A stretch of 64,000 nt of DNA from Vicugna vicugna (lineage: Eukaryota). The notes under the pieces are model-generated. The model was given only the letters and a program-made list of their open reading frames with translations, had not been told where the DNA came from and did no database searches. Positions within the stretch are counted from its first letter, which is position 1; each line of letters opens with the position of its first letter. Below, piece after piece: positions 13,226 through 25,240 of this stretch. The stretch covers positions 2,420,001 through 2,484,000 of the forward strand of contig MU058009.1 of assembly GCA_013265495.1 (NCBI GenBank). Direction: 5' to 3'. The position numbers and the translations under genes were made by a program.

Positions 13226-13719
13226 AAAAAGAAAATGTGTATAAAGTAAACCACTTCATATGTATAATAACTAGATTTTAGATGTATAATATAAAATTTT
13301 AACATAGAAAATTTCCCCTAACTGTTAAAATTGTGAAATATTCCCAAAGTGGCTGTATCAAATGAGACGACAGAATCTCTGAGGGTTTTTGTTTTAATAG
13401 TCCAGATTGTCCTTTCTCTAGAAAGGTTCATTCTGACCCTGCTCAAAGAAATAATTTATTTCTGGTCACTGGGCCTAGAAACAGAATTTCACCAAATTGA
13501 GATTCCACTAACATTTACTGAATACCAGCCACGTGCTCAACACTTTCCGAGAAACTCCTTTATTTTCAGCAGTAAAATCTAAAGCATCAAGGCCCCTCCC
13601 TTCTCACTGTAGGTCAACTAAACTTCAATAAAAAAAAAATTTTTAAGACTCAACCCTTCTTTCCACCAGAAAGTCTTTGCCAAGAATATTAGAACCTCCT
13701 GCTTTCATACTCTTTCAAG

Positions 13720-14132
13720 TACTTTCAAAATTACTCAGAAAACCCCAACACTGGAAACAACCCAAATGTCCATCAACAGAGGGAAAGATTGTAGTCAATC
13801 CATACAACATACCTACAAATACAGTCACACAATAGAAAAGACAAACCACCAGATAAACACAGCAATATGGGTGAATCTCAAATCTCAGCCGCCCCAAAAA
13901 ATCCAGACCAAAAAAAAATACATATATATATATATATCTATATGCATATACACACAGTATTTTTATGAAGATCTAGAATATGAAAATCTAATCAGTGGTG
14001 ATAGAAATCAGAATAGAAGTTTACTCAGGACAGGGGGTGAGGACTGACTGCAAGGGGGCACCAGGTAACTAGCTGCTGGAATGACGCAAATGTTCTAAGT
14101 CTTGATATGGGTGATGGACACACAGGTGTACA
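13720..14132 (+). mobile_element. Old L1 3' end (L1ME/MC-like)
   Basis: CTGGAAACAACCCAAATGTCCATCAACAG...AAATGTTCTAAGTCTTGATATGGGTGATGG. Confidence 0.7.
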
Positions 14133-14264
14133 CAGGCAGGGATGCGCTGCAGCCAGCTGGAACCCCCAAGAGTACTCACTGTGAACTTTTGAGGAAGTCT
14201 ACAAGCCAGCCCACGATCACCTTACTTGCTTGGAATGCTCTGTGGTGAAAGTGTTTATACCACA

Positions 14265-14737
14265 GAATGGCTCACAGAACTCAGAGAAACATTTTACTTA
14301 CTAATCACTGGTTTACTGTAAATGCATGTAACTCAGGGACAGCCGGGTGGAGGAGAGGCAAAGGCAAGGCATGTGGGAAGGGGGCACGCTCCCCATGCTC
14401 TCGGGCACCTCCGACCCCATCCTTTCTAGGTTTGGGTGGAGGCTTCATGACAGAGGCACGGTGGATCACCTCACGCACCACTGGCGACTGATCTCCACCT
14501 CTAGCCTCTCTGCCCTCCCTGGGGTGGGGGTGGGACTGAAAGTGCCAACCTTCTAAGCACGTGGGTGGGTCCCCTGGCAACCAGCCCCCACCCCCCCAGG
14601 TGACCTAGGAGCTGTCCAAAAGTCACGTCATTAACAGAAGACACCCTCACTCTGGTCATGGGAAATTCCAAGTTTTCGGAGCTCTGTGCCAGACAAGGCG
14701 AGAAAGACCAAATACATATTTCTTATTATAAATCACA
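14265..14737 (-). mobile_element. Solo ERV LTR (MER21-like)
   Basis: GGCTCACAGAACTCAGAGAAACA...GGGACTGAAAGTGCCAACC...AAGACCAAATACATATTTCTTATTATAAATCACA resembles MER21-family LTRs (recalled). Confidence 0.7.
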
Positions 14738-16018
14738 TGTCACGGGACCCCAGATGCTTGAAGCAGGCTTGGGGGGTGGCCCCAGAGACTCGGTGAGATC
14801 ACGGCGTGCAAGAACCAGCGAAACAGAGTTTTTAACTCATGATAGGCTGTTTCTACCAGCCTGTGAAATCAAGAGACCACTTAAACAGAAAGGAGAATTT
14901 CACCTTTGCCCCTTTCACACTCACCTGCCCCTCTGCTCCATCCTAACACCTATTGAGATGTGTCCACCCTCTCCCCATCTCTGCAAAGCTGGAGGCTGGG
15001 GAGCTGTCTGACCCCCAGCCACAGAGCTGAGGACGTCAGGGTGTCCCCTGACTCGACACCAAGCTGCCCGTTAGTCCTCAAGTCCCTCTGCTCCACTTAC
15101 TTTTCTATCAGCCCATGGACGAGTTCTCCAGGCCACAGAAATTACTCTCTAAACAACATGCCAAAACACCAATGGGGCCCTCGGCACCCACCGGCTCTTC
15201 CCTCCCTTCCTCTGCGAACCACTGTCCTCTTGGTATCTTCCTCCAGCTTCAATAATAGCTTCCCTCCAACCTACACCCACCTCTCATCCTTTCTCCTCCC
15301 TCTTTCCCAATTCCCCTCCCCAAGACTCAATACTTGCCAAAACCATGCTACCTCTGGGCACTCCCCCCACCCCGAAGCTCCTGCGCCCAGGCGCTGTGAC
15401 CGCCTCTCCGCCCCCAGCTCCCCGAGTCCCCGGGCCTCCCGACAGCTGGGCCCTTCCTGGATCCCCTCGCATCACCAGCTAAGCCAATGTTCCAAAACAG
15501 CCTCCCAAACAATGATGACAACTGTGCAGTTATTTTGGAAGGTCTGTGTGGCCAAGACCCAGAACAATGAGAAGAGACGGCAGGGCAGCGAGCAGGGGAG
15601 GGGAACACCGCCAGCCCCGTGTGTGCAATGAATTCGAAAGCCTGCACGCCTCCTAAGGATGACCAGGGGATGGACGGGAACTAAGGATAAAACTGAAACC
15701 AGGTCCCTACCACTCCCGTCCCTTAAATACACAAGGGCTGTGAAGCCAGAGCGAGCACTTCCTTTAAAATGCTGCACTGTTCTCACGGATGACCAGAATC
15801 CGGGGCCTGGACCACAGTCGGTCAGGGCCTGTCCTAAGCACCAGCACTCTTCAGACTGTTTCCAAGGCTTTCAAAATTGCCCAGAATGAAATTCAATTAT
15901 ATTTGGCAATATGTTTCTTATTTATTTTTTGCAAGTTTTGTTAAACATACGTAAGTCACAAAGTTTATAGCTTAATGCATTTTCACCGGTGAACACATTT
16001 GTAAAACCAGTACCCAAG

Positions 16019-16783
16019 CCTCCATGGAAAGCAGTATGGGTGCCTTAAAAAACTAAAAATAGAGCAAATATATGATCCAGCAATCCCATTCCTGGGCATA
16101 TACCTGGAAAAGACGAAAACTCTAATTTGAAAAGATACATGCACCCCAATGTTCATAACAGCACTATGTACAATAACCAAGACATGGAAGCAACCTAAAT
16201 GCCCATCAACAGATGAAAGGATAAAGAACATGTGGTCTATATATATGTTGGAATATTACTCAGCCATTAAAAAGAATGAACTATTACCATTTGCAGCAAC
16301 ATGGATGGACCTTGAGATTACCATATTGAGTGAAGTAAGTCAAAGACGACTATTATATAACTTATATGTGGAATCTAAAAAATTATACAGGGGGAGGGTA
16401 TGGCTCAGTGGTAGAGTATGTGCTTAGTATGCACAAGGTCCTGGGCTCAATCCCCAGTACCTCCACTAAAAATAAATAAATAATACAAATTAATTTATTT
16501 ACAAAAGAGAAACGGACTGACAAACATAGAAAACAAACTTACGGTTACCAAAGGTGAAGGGGAGGAAGGGATAAATTAGGAGTTTGGGATCAACAGACAC
16601 ACAGCAATAAAACTGATAAACAACAAGGGTTTACTGTATAGCACTGGGAATTATATTAAGTATCATATAATTACCTATAATGGAAAAGAATCTGAAAAAA
16701 TAATATATATAACTGAATCACTTTGCTGTAACACCTGAAACTAACACAATATTGTAAATCAACTATACTCCGATTAAAAAAAT
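16019..16783 (+). mobile_element. 5'-truncated LINE-1 3' end inserted in an older antisense L1M (15900-17220)
   Basis: ORF2 C-terminus MFITALCTITKTWKQPKCPS...; 16-bp TSD AAAACCAGTACCCAAG (16003-16018) / AAAAACAGCACCCAAG (16784-16799). Confidence 0.88.
16390..16482 (+). mobile_element. tRNA-Ala-derived SINE (camelid Vic-1-like)
   Basis: GGGGGAGGGTATGGCTCAGTGGTAGAG...GGCTCAATCCCCAGTACCTCC with A/B boxes and an (AAAT)n tail, inserted in the L1 3'UTR. Confidence 0.85.
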
Positions 16784-18530
16784 AAAAACAGCACCCAAGT
16801 CAAGAAACAGAATATTACAAAACCCCCGGAAGCTCCCAACCCTGCTTCCAGTCACAACTCCACCTCTACCCCCAGGGCAAACCCTGTCCTGACTTCTAAC
16901 AGAGTAGAGCAGTTTTCCTGTGTTTTGAGCTTTATGAAGTAAAATCACAGAATGTGCACACTTTAGAGCCTGGCTTTTTTCATTCAACATGGGTCTCTGC
17001 AGTTCATCCTTCTCCTGTGTAGGGTAGTTAACTCAGTCTTACAGCTGTGCAATATTACACGGAATAAACAGACCCCAGTCTGTTCATCCATCCTCCCGCT
17101 GGGCATTTGGCAGCTTCCAGTTTGGAGACATTCGTGATAAAAGCGTTTGCAAACATTCTAGAACATGTTTTTTGGTAAATATACACATGCAGTTCTTGGA
17201 GTGGGACTACAGTTCTTAGACACATATGTCAAAGAAAACAAATTCAAGTTTGATATAAACTTGAAATGGATTCCATGACAGCAGAGGACCCAAACCGGTC
17301 GTGGGCAGTGGATGGAGTGTGCTGGTAAAGCACAACTATGATACTGGGAGACATGCAGACCTCAAGGGGATTGTCCTGAGATTCACCAGATTTATTTAAA
17401 ATGAGGGGAAGGAGCTCTGAGAAGAGATGCGAGAATCATTCAGATAAACAAGGCTGAAGGGCAGGGCCAGCCACTGCCTCCAGAGGACCTGTGGGATGTC
17501 ACATAGTTATTCCTCATTCTCACGCGCAGAACTTTGTGACAGTGAGAACCTGAGTCCCTGGAAAAGGAGACCAACGGGGCTGGGGGAGGCACGATGTGTG
17601 CACACGGGCTCTGAAAACTCTGCCCTGGGAGCTTTTTATAATCTTGGATGGAGGTAAGGAGGCCAGTGAGATTCCGTCATCCTAAGGAAAGAAGATTCCC
17701 TGCCCATTCCATTCTGTCCTGGGCCCTCCTGCTGTGCGCGAGCAAAATAACTGTATCAATGCCATCAGATCCCCTCACTGAGACTTGCAAAATACCGATG
17801 TCATTCGCCCTCTCTTGTAAGCGACAGAATTAGTCTTCCTACTTCAAAAAGCAGAAAAACAAAATCCCGAGGGAGTCTGCATTTTCTAGTTTCAGCTTTA
17901 GTCAGCCGTCCTGGAAGTTCTGCCCCAGGAACCGAAGGACCCACCCTGGGAACCAGGCGGGGCGGGCTGGGCGCTCCACCCCGCAGGGCAGCGTGGCCAG
18001 GCCCGCAGCGCCACCTGGTGTTCGCGGCGAGGCAGCTGCCTTTCTTACACACGGTCTATCACTCGGTGTTGAGTATCCAGCGTGCACCACGCCTCACGCT
18101 TTGCCTTAGCGGCAGGACGTTAAGAATGAGAAAGGCAGTTTCAGGGTTCAAGCTTTCATCACCATATGGCTTTGGGCAACTTATTTTACATCACTGTGCC
18201 TCAATTTCCTTAACCTGAAAGTGGAGATAAAAGGAGGATGTAAGTTAAGCAGCGGAAAGCATGTCAATGTTTACCAACTTAGTAATCACTCCACACGTGG
18301 TGACTACAAGGCACGACCCCCTGAAGGGCTGACCTTTTTGTGGGGAGACAAACAAGTAAATGCAACAGAGAAAATGCATCACAAATAATGAAACAGAATT
18401 TGTTTCCATGGATAGTCATCCACATAGACAAAGATCAGAGCAAACATTGCTCTTACAAGTGACCATTGGGCAAAATGTGGTAAATTCCTCTGATCTCAGC
18501 AAAAAAAATAAGTACATACTAAAATAATAA

Positions 18531-18710
18531 GGGGGTAGGGTATAGCTTAGTGGTAGAGCACATGCTCAACGTCCTGGGTTCAATCCTCAGTACCTCCATT
18601 AAATAAATAAATAAACCTAATTCTTCCCTGTTCCCTGCTCCAAAAATAAATAAATAAATAACATTATAGGTGATTTCTTTGCCATGAAATAAACAGTTAA
18701 TTAATTTTTA
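18531..18710 (+). mobile_element. tRNA-Ala-derived SINE (Vic-1-like)
   Basis: GGGTATAGCTTAGTGGTAGAGCAC...GGTTCAATCCTCAGTACCTCC with AT-rich tail; internal deletion relative to the other copies; end approximate. Confidence 0.8.
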
Positions 18711-19399
18711 AAAATAACAATAAAGGACCTCCTGTGTGTCCAACGAACTTCCAGGCGTAAGTAGTAAGTTATCTGGCATCATGAAGGTTCCAGCTATGTC
18801 TCTCAAGCCTTAACTTTTCAGGATTTGATTCATCAAAACCGAAATTTTCTAAATTCATTAACCTTAGAGGGTTAATATCAAAGAATATGGTTGACAAGAG
18901 TAATAGCATTAAAAAAAAAAAAAGCATTTCTTGAGCTCCCCCTAGCAGAGAGTGGAATTCCAGGTCCCTCCCAACCTTGCCAGCCCCTGGGTGGCTCGAG
19001 ATTGATCCCTGCAACTGCAGACATGACCTACTTCTCTGCAAGCAGCTACCCTCCTCTGGTCAGTTCCTCCCCACTTTGCTAAAGCTGCTTTTCTCTCTCT
19101 CTCTGGCGCACTTTACTGATACTAAATCTCTCCCCGCAGCACACTTGAGCTCTCCAGGGTCCTGAGACTGGGACCACTTCCTTTTCCACCGACTCTTCCA
19201 GTCACATCACTGCTTCTGGCCTGAGCCGCTGACCCTCAGTGAAGCCATAACGTGAGAGTGGGAGCCTCGGTCCAGAGCGGGTACTGGAGATGCTGCCCCA
19301 GGGGCCAGGGTCACTTCTCTCCTTGTTCCTCTCCTTCCACAAGAGGGAGCCTCGTGCCAGCTGCTCCAGCCTGGGTGGCCGCCACCCAGACACCTGCTG

Positions 19400-19960
19400 T
19401 GCTACCCTTTCAGGTGCAGAACCCAACAAGGTAAAATCTACAGTGTCATGCATCCAGTCAAAAGTCATCACACATGCAAAAAAAAAAAAAAACCAGGAAA
19501 ATACCACCCATAATGAAGAGCAAAAGCAAACATGAAACCAACTCAGAAATGACACAGATTATAAAATCAGTCGGCAAGGGCATTAAAAGTTATTATAACT
19601 ATATCCTATATGTTCCAGAAAAGAGGAAAGACTGAACATGTTGGTAGAGACGTGGAAGGTATTTTAAAAATACCTAAATTAAACTTCTAAGAATGAAACT
19701 ACAATGTCTGAGATGCAAATATGCGACGAGATTAACAGCAGTTTAGACAATGAAAAAGAAAAGATTAGTGACCTTGAATGCACAGCAGTGTAAACCTTCC
19801 ACAATGAAATACAGAGAGGGAAAAAAAAAACACTGAAAAACATGGCAAGAGCAGCCGTGCACTGTAGGACGATCTCAAGCAGTCCAATATATGAAAAGAA
19901 AGACACTGCAAAGCTTCCAAATGTAAAAAGGAATCCTCTAAAATTCCAGAGAGCCCATCA
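19400..19960 (+). mobile_element. Old L1 5'/ORF1-region fragment
   Basis: A-rich L1M ORF1-like phrases (GAAATGACACAGATTATAAAATCAG, AAAAGATTAGTGACCTTGAA). Confidence 0.6.
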
Positions 19961-19973
19961 GAATTTTAAAATA

Positions 19974-20424
19974 CAGATCTTCCTTGTCTTACAATGTCTT
20001 ACATCCCAATAAACCCATCACAAATTGAAAATATGGTAAGCTGATAATGCATTTAATACATCTAAGCTACTGAACAACACAGCTTAGCCTGGCCCCCCTT
20101 GAACATGCTCAGAGTACTTACATTAGCCTGCATTTGGGTGAAATCATCTCACACAAAGCCCATTTGATAATAAAGTGTTGAGTGTCTCATGTAATTGAAT
20201 ACTGTACTGAAAGTGAAAAACCGAACGATTGAATGTCAGTAGTTCACCCCCATGGCGGCTCACTGCCCTGCCCAGCCTCACCAGGGAGGCAGTACCCTAC
20301 CATGCATGCTAGCTCTGCGAAAGATCAAAATGCAAAGAATGGTTTCTACTAAATGCATTATCGCTTTAGCATCCTCCTAAACCCAAGAAATGGTAACAAA
20401 CCATTGTAAGTCAGGGACTGTCTG
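19974..20424 (+). mobile_element. TcMar-Tigger MITE (MER47/Tigger5-like)
   Basis: Terminal inverted repeats CAGATCTTCCTTGTCTTACAATG / CATTGTAAGTCAGGGACTGTCTG with TA on both sides; interior matches recalled MER47 (CATCCCAATAAACCCATC, TACTGAAAGTGAAAAA). Confidence 0.85.
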
Positions 20425-21119
20425 TAGCTTTATTGGAGAAAAAAATTCATATTTGATGCCCAGACCCACTAAATCTTTATGACGCATTCTCACCAATCCG
20501 GACAGTCTGCTCTTAAACTGACACAATTTATCAAGTTTTTCTTTCATGGATGATTCTGTTGATGTAGATAGCTTAGTTCTGCTCCAGTCTATCCTGGGCA
20601 GATGTGTGGAAACTTATCCAGACCCTATGGCTAGCTCATATTCTAAGTCTTCCTGTTAAATTTTTGGCCAGTCCCCCAAGTGATTGCTTGTCCCCGGCAG
20701 GACTGCAGCCTCAGGCTAGCTGAGGCGGTGGTTTCACATGTTTGTTTGCCAGTGAGATCACAACTATGACCCACAATACTGCTCGGGTGGGGTTTCCCTG
20801 CTCATTCTAAATCAGCTGAGATCTGTCTAGCAGTTAAGTGGTGGGTTTTCACAGCTTGAATACCCTGGTATGACCTTCAAACTGGGGTGGAGGGTGGGGA
20901 AATGGGAGCAGCCCCAGGTAAGACTGCCAGAGAACCTACTGTTTTTACTCAGAGTTCAGTGTTTCATTAATACCCAGGTGGTATTAATGCCTTTGGTCAA
21001 TTTCCAGAACCTTAAAATGGATGTTTTTGACAATGTAGTCCAGTTTTAGAGTTTATTTTGGGGGTGAGAATCCCCTCCTGGCACTGAGCAATGCTGGCTT
21101 GGGGATAGGATGATGCAGA

Positions 21120-23590
21120 CAAAATGAAGGTTTTCCTCTAAGATCAGGAACCAGACAAGGGTGCCCGCTCTCACCACTCCTATTCAACACAGTACCGGAA
21201 GCATTAGCCAGAGCAATCAGGCAAGAAAAAGAAATAAAAGGTATCAAATCAGAAAATAAGAAGTAAAACTGTCTTGTTTGCAGATGACACGTTCTTACAC
21301 AAAATTCTAAAGACTCCTTATGAACAAATTGAGTAAAATTGCAGGATACAAAACCAACATGCGGATGACAGCTGCACCTCTATGTACTAACAACAAAGTA
21401 TCTGAAAAAGTAGTAAAGAACACAGTCTTACTCAAAATGATATCAAAAACAATAAAATACTTAGGAACACAGGCATGTTTCAGAACTACAGCAGGATCAG
21501 TTCAAGACCACCACAATAAATCGAATATCCCAACAAAGTGAGTAGCAAGAATTATTTGGTTTCCCAGTGCATAGAGCATTATGTCTTTTTAAAAGAAAGG
21601 TATATACCTTAATTTTGGGGAAGACAAGACCAATAGACTTGCTCAACGCAGGGCTGCCACAAGCCTTCAATATGTAAAAGACACAGTATCTGGGAAGCGC
21701 AGTTTTTAAAATTGCAATAAAATGAGGCCTGCCTGTGAATTTAACTGAGGAGATAAAAGACCTGCATACAGAAAACTACAAGACTTTGATTGAAGAAACT
21801 GAAGAAGACACAAATAAATGGAAAGCTATCTAATGTTCATAGATTGGAAGATTAAATGTTGTTTAAATGTCCATACTACCCAAAGCCATGCACAGATTCA
21901 GTGCAACTCCTATCAAAATTCCAGTAGCATTTTTCATAGCAATAGAGAAAACAATTCTAAAACGTACATGGAATCACAAAAGACTCTGAATAGTCTAAGC
22001 AATCTTGAGGAAGCAAAACAAAGCTGTCAGCATCACACTTCCTGATTTCAAATTATACTACAAAGCTATAGTAATTACACCAGCAACTACAGTTAAGTGA
22101 TAAAAATAAAATGCATAAAAGTAAACACATATATGGTGGAACAGAATCAAGAGCCCAGAAATATACAGTCAGCTAATATTTGACAAAGGAGTTAAAAATA
22201 CTCAATGGGGAAAGGATAGTCTCTTCAATAAATGGTGTTGGGAAAATCAGATATTCACATGCAAAAGAATGAAATGTGACCACTACTTCATATCACTCAC
22301 AAAAATCAACTCGAAATGCAAAAAGGACAGAGGAACTAAATAGAATTAAAAATAAGAACTGAAACTGTAAAATGCCTAGAATAAAACACAGAGGAAAAGT
22401 TCGTAGACATTGCTCATGGCAACAATTTTCTGGACATGACACCAAAAGTAACAATTAATAAATGGGACGACATCAAACTTAAAACTTTCTGCACAGCAAA
22501 AGAAATCATCAACAAAATGAAAAGGCAACCCTCAGAACAGAAGAAAATATTTGCATCATATATCTGGTAAGGGGTTCATATCCAAAACATTCAAGGAACA
22601 CATACAACTCAACAGCAAAAATGAAAAACAACGTGATTTTAAAGTGGGCGAAGACCTTGAATAGGTATTTTTCCAAAGAGGACATACAAAGGGCCAACGT
22701 GCACGTGAAGAGATGCTCGACATGACTCATCGTCGGAGAAACGCAAGTCAAACCACAGCGAGATATCACATCACATCTGTGAGGATGGCTACTATCAAAA
22801 ACACAACAGATAAATGTTGGCGAGGACGTGGTGGGAGCGGGGAGAGCAACCTTTGTGCGCTGTTGGTGGGAATGCAAATTGGTATAGCTCCTACAGGAAT
22901 CATTATAAAGGTTCCTCAAAAAATTAAAAATGGAACTACAATGTGATCCAGCAACCCCACTTCTGTGTATAGATCCAAAAGAAATGAAGTCACCATCTTG
23001 TTGAGGTATGTGCACTGGCACGTTCACTGCAGCTTTATTCACAATAGCCAAGACACGGAAGCAACTTCCTGATGAATAAATGCAGACAGAAAGTAATTCA
23101 GCCGTAAAAAAAGGAGGAAATCCTGCCCTTTGAGACAGACAAGGATGAACTTTGAGAGCATTCTGCTAAGTGAAATAAGTCAAAAGAGAAATACTGTACG
23201 TACTCACTTACATGCAGAATCCAAACTCACGCAGCAGAGGAAATTTGCGGTCGCCGGGGACGGGCAGGGGGGCGGGGGGAAGCGAGGAGACTTTGGCAGC
23301 GGGCACAAACTTTCAGGTAAAAGATGAGTAAGTTCTGGGACTCCAATGTCAGAATGGTGACGACAGTGAACAACACTGCATTGTATACCTAAGAGAGTAG
23401 ATCTTAAATATTCTCACTATAACAACCAAAAACAGAAACAAAAAACAGTAATTAGGTGAAGAATGTGTTAACTAACCTTACTGTGGTAAACGTTTCACAC
23501 TATGTACATGTATCAAATCATCCCATTTCACACCGCAAACTTAACGCCATGTTGTATGCCAGTCACATCTCAGAAGAGCTGGGGAAAAAA
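21120..23590 (+). mobile_element. LINE-1 ORF2 3' half and 3'UTR (L1MA-like), degenerate
   Basis: RT-region AGATCAGGAACCAGACAAGGGTGCCCGCTCTCACCACTCC, TTTGCAGATGAC (FADD), and an L1MA-type 3' end; many stops and frameshifts. Confidence 0.9.
21470..21735 (-). mobile_element. Internally deleted Tigger1 derivative nested in L1
   Basis: Both Tigger1 termini are present (CAGGCATG... and ...GCAATAAAATGAGGCCTGCCTG), and the L1 TTAGGAA..AATTTAAC sequence resumes after it. Confidence 0.8.
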
Positions 23591-23599
23591 TTGAGAATT

Positions 23600-24560
23600 T
23601 GTACCTATTTCACTGGCTATATTCCGCTTCTTTAAGCGGCTATTTACCTCATGTGCTTATATTTTAAACGTATGGTCTGCCTACTTCCTTCTGGTTTGGA
23701 GGGGTCATTCGTATATTCTGCATATAAACCTGTATCAGATCTGTATCACAAACACCTTCTCCCAGTCTGTGGCTTGCCTTTCCAGTTTCTTCATGTTGCC
23801 CTGGTACAAACAGAAGTTCTTGATTATAGTAAAGTCTTATTTATCGATCTTTTTCCTTTATGACTAGTGCTTTTTTATGACCTTTGAAGGAAATATTTTT
23901 ATTCCCTGGGTTATATTCTTCGATATTGTTTTCTAAAAGCTTCGCTGTTTTGCCTTTCACGATCAGACCCAGGATCCACTGGAACTGAGTTTGTGCACAG
24001 TGAGCAGAGGTCAATGTAAAAACACGTCTATATACATATGGGCGTACAAATGACACAGCTCTGTCTATTCAGACTACCCTCTACCCACCTCCCGCTTCAC
24101 TGCCCTGCAGACTTGGCACAAATCGAGTGACCGTATATGTGTGGGTCAGTGTCTGGACTCTGTTGTCTGTTCTTTCTGTTAATTGGTCTATTCTTGTGCC
24201 AATTTCCATACTGCCGTGCTTATAGGTCATAATAAACCTTGATACCTGATGATGCAAGTCCCTCGGCTTTGTTTTTCAGGTTTGTCTCAGCTATTATTAC
24301 CCTTTTTGCATTTCTGTCTTTGTTTTTACATCAGTTTATTGTTTTTCACACACACACGAAAAAATGCGGCAGTGACTGAGACTGCGCTGGATCAACAGGC
24401 CAGTTTGGAGAGGTTTAAACCATCAATAGACTGAGTCTTTCAACATGCCAGCGTGGTATGTCCCCTTTCACACGGGTCTTCTTTAAATTCTCTCAGTGTT
24501 GCTTTATAAGTTTCAGTGTAGAAGTCTTAGACCTATTTTGTTAGATTTACTTGTTAATCA
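23600..24560 (-). mobile_element. Old L1 ORF2 fragments
   Basis: Reverse-complement L1 phrases (CTCCCAGTCTGTGGCTTGCCTT, TATGTGTGGGTCAGTGTCTGGACTC). Confidence 0.7.
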
Positions 24561-25240
24561 TCATTACCTGAATCAATTATTTTATTGGAAATTGTCAAAT
24601 GGTGGCTTTCCAATTCTACCACTCATTATGCACTTAGCTACAAGTTTTCTACAAATATCTTCCTCCATCCTCTAAGTCTGTCTAGTTCCCCCGATGCACA
24701 GTTCACACCAGAAAGGCAGGATAAATGCTTAATTCTTTCCCTTAGGTTATTAATTTTTAGAGTTGGTTCCTCGGCAAACCCCCAAACCATCCAACTGGTT
24801 TTGGTTTGGTTGGGAAGGGCGGTCTCAGGTACAGTCTTTCAACCCTACTTGGCCACGTAAGAAGGGGCCGTGGGCCTGGAACACAGTTGCCAAGGTTACC
24901 GAGAGACGGAGAGCCCCCCCAGCGGTGCGGCCCAGGGCCTGTGCGGGCGCGCCCTTCCTGGGTTCACTCTCAGCATGTGCTCCCTGCCCTATTTGCACAT
25001 GCGCATCGGTGGCCCTCAGGCACACCCCCAGCTTCGTATCTCAGATTCCACAGGGGAGGAGTCAGGTCCTGCTGCTCCAGCACAAGAGGGTACCTGTAGA
25101 CCAACTGCCCCATGACAGCTGCTGGGCCATGGGGGACCGGGGCGCACTATCAGATCTGACCTTGCTCTGTCTCTTCTCTTGCGAGCACAGCGATGTCCCA
25201 CCCGGCGCTCTGCTGTGCTGTTTTCCTTGGAGATTCTCAT

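Noticed and set aside
14960..15631. 223-aa ORF
   Set aside because: Low-complexity Ser/Pro translation of pyrimidine-rich DNA with no recognisable homology.
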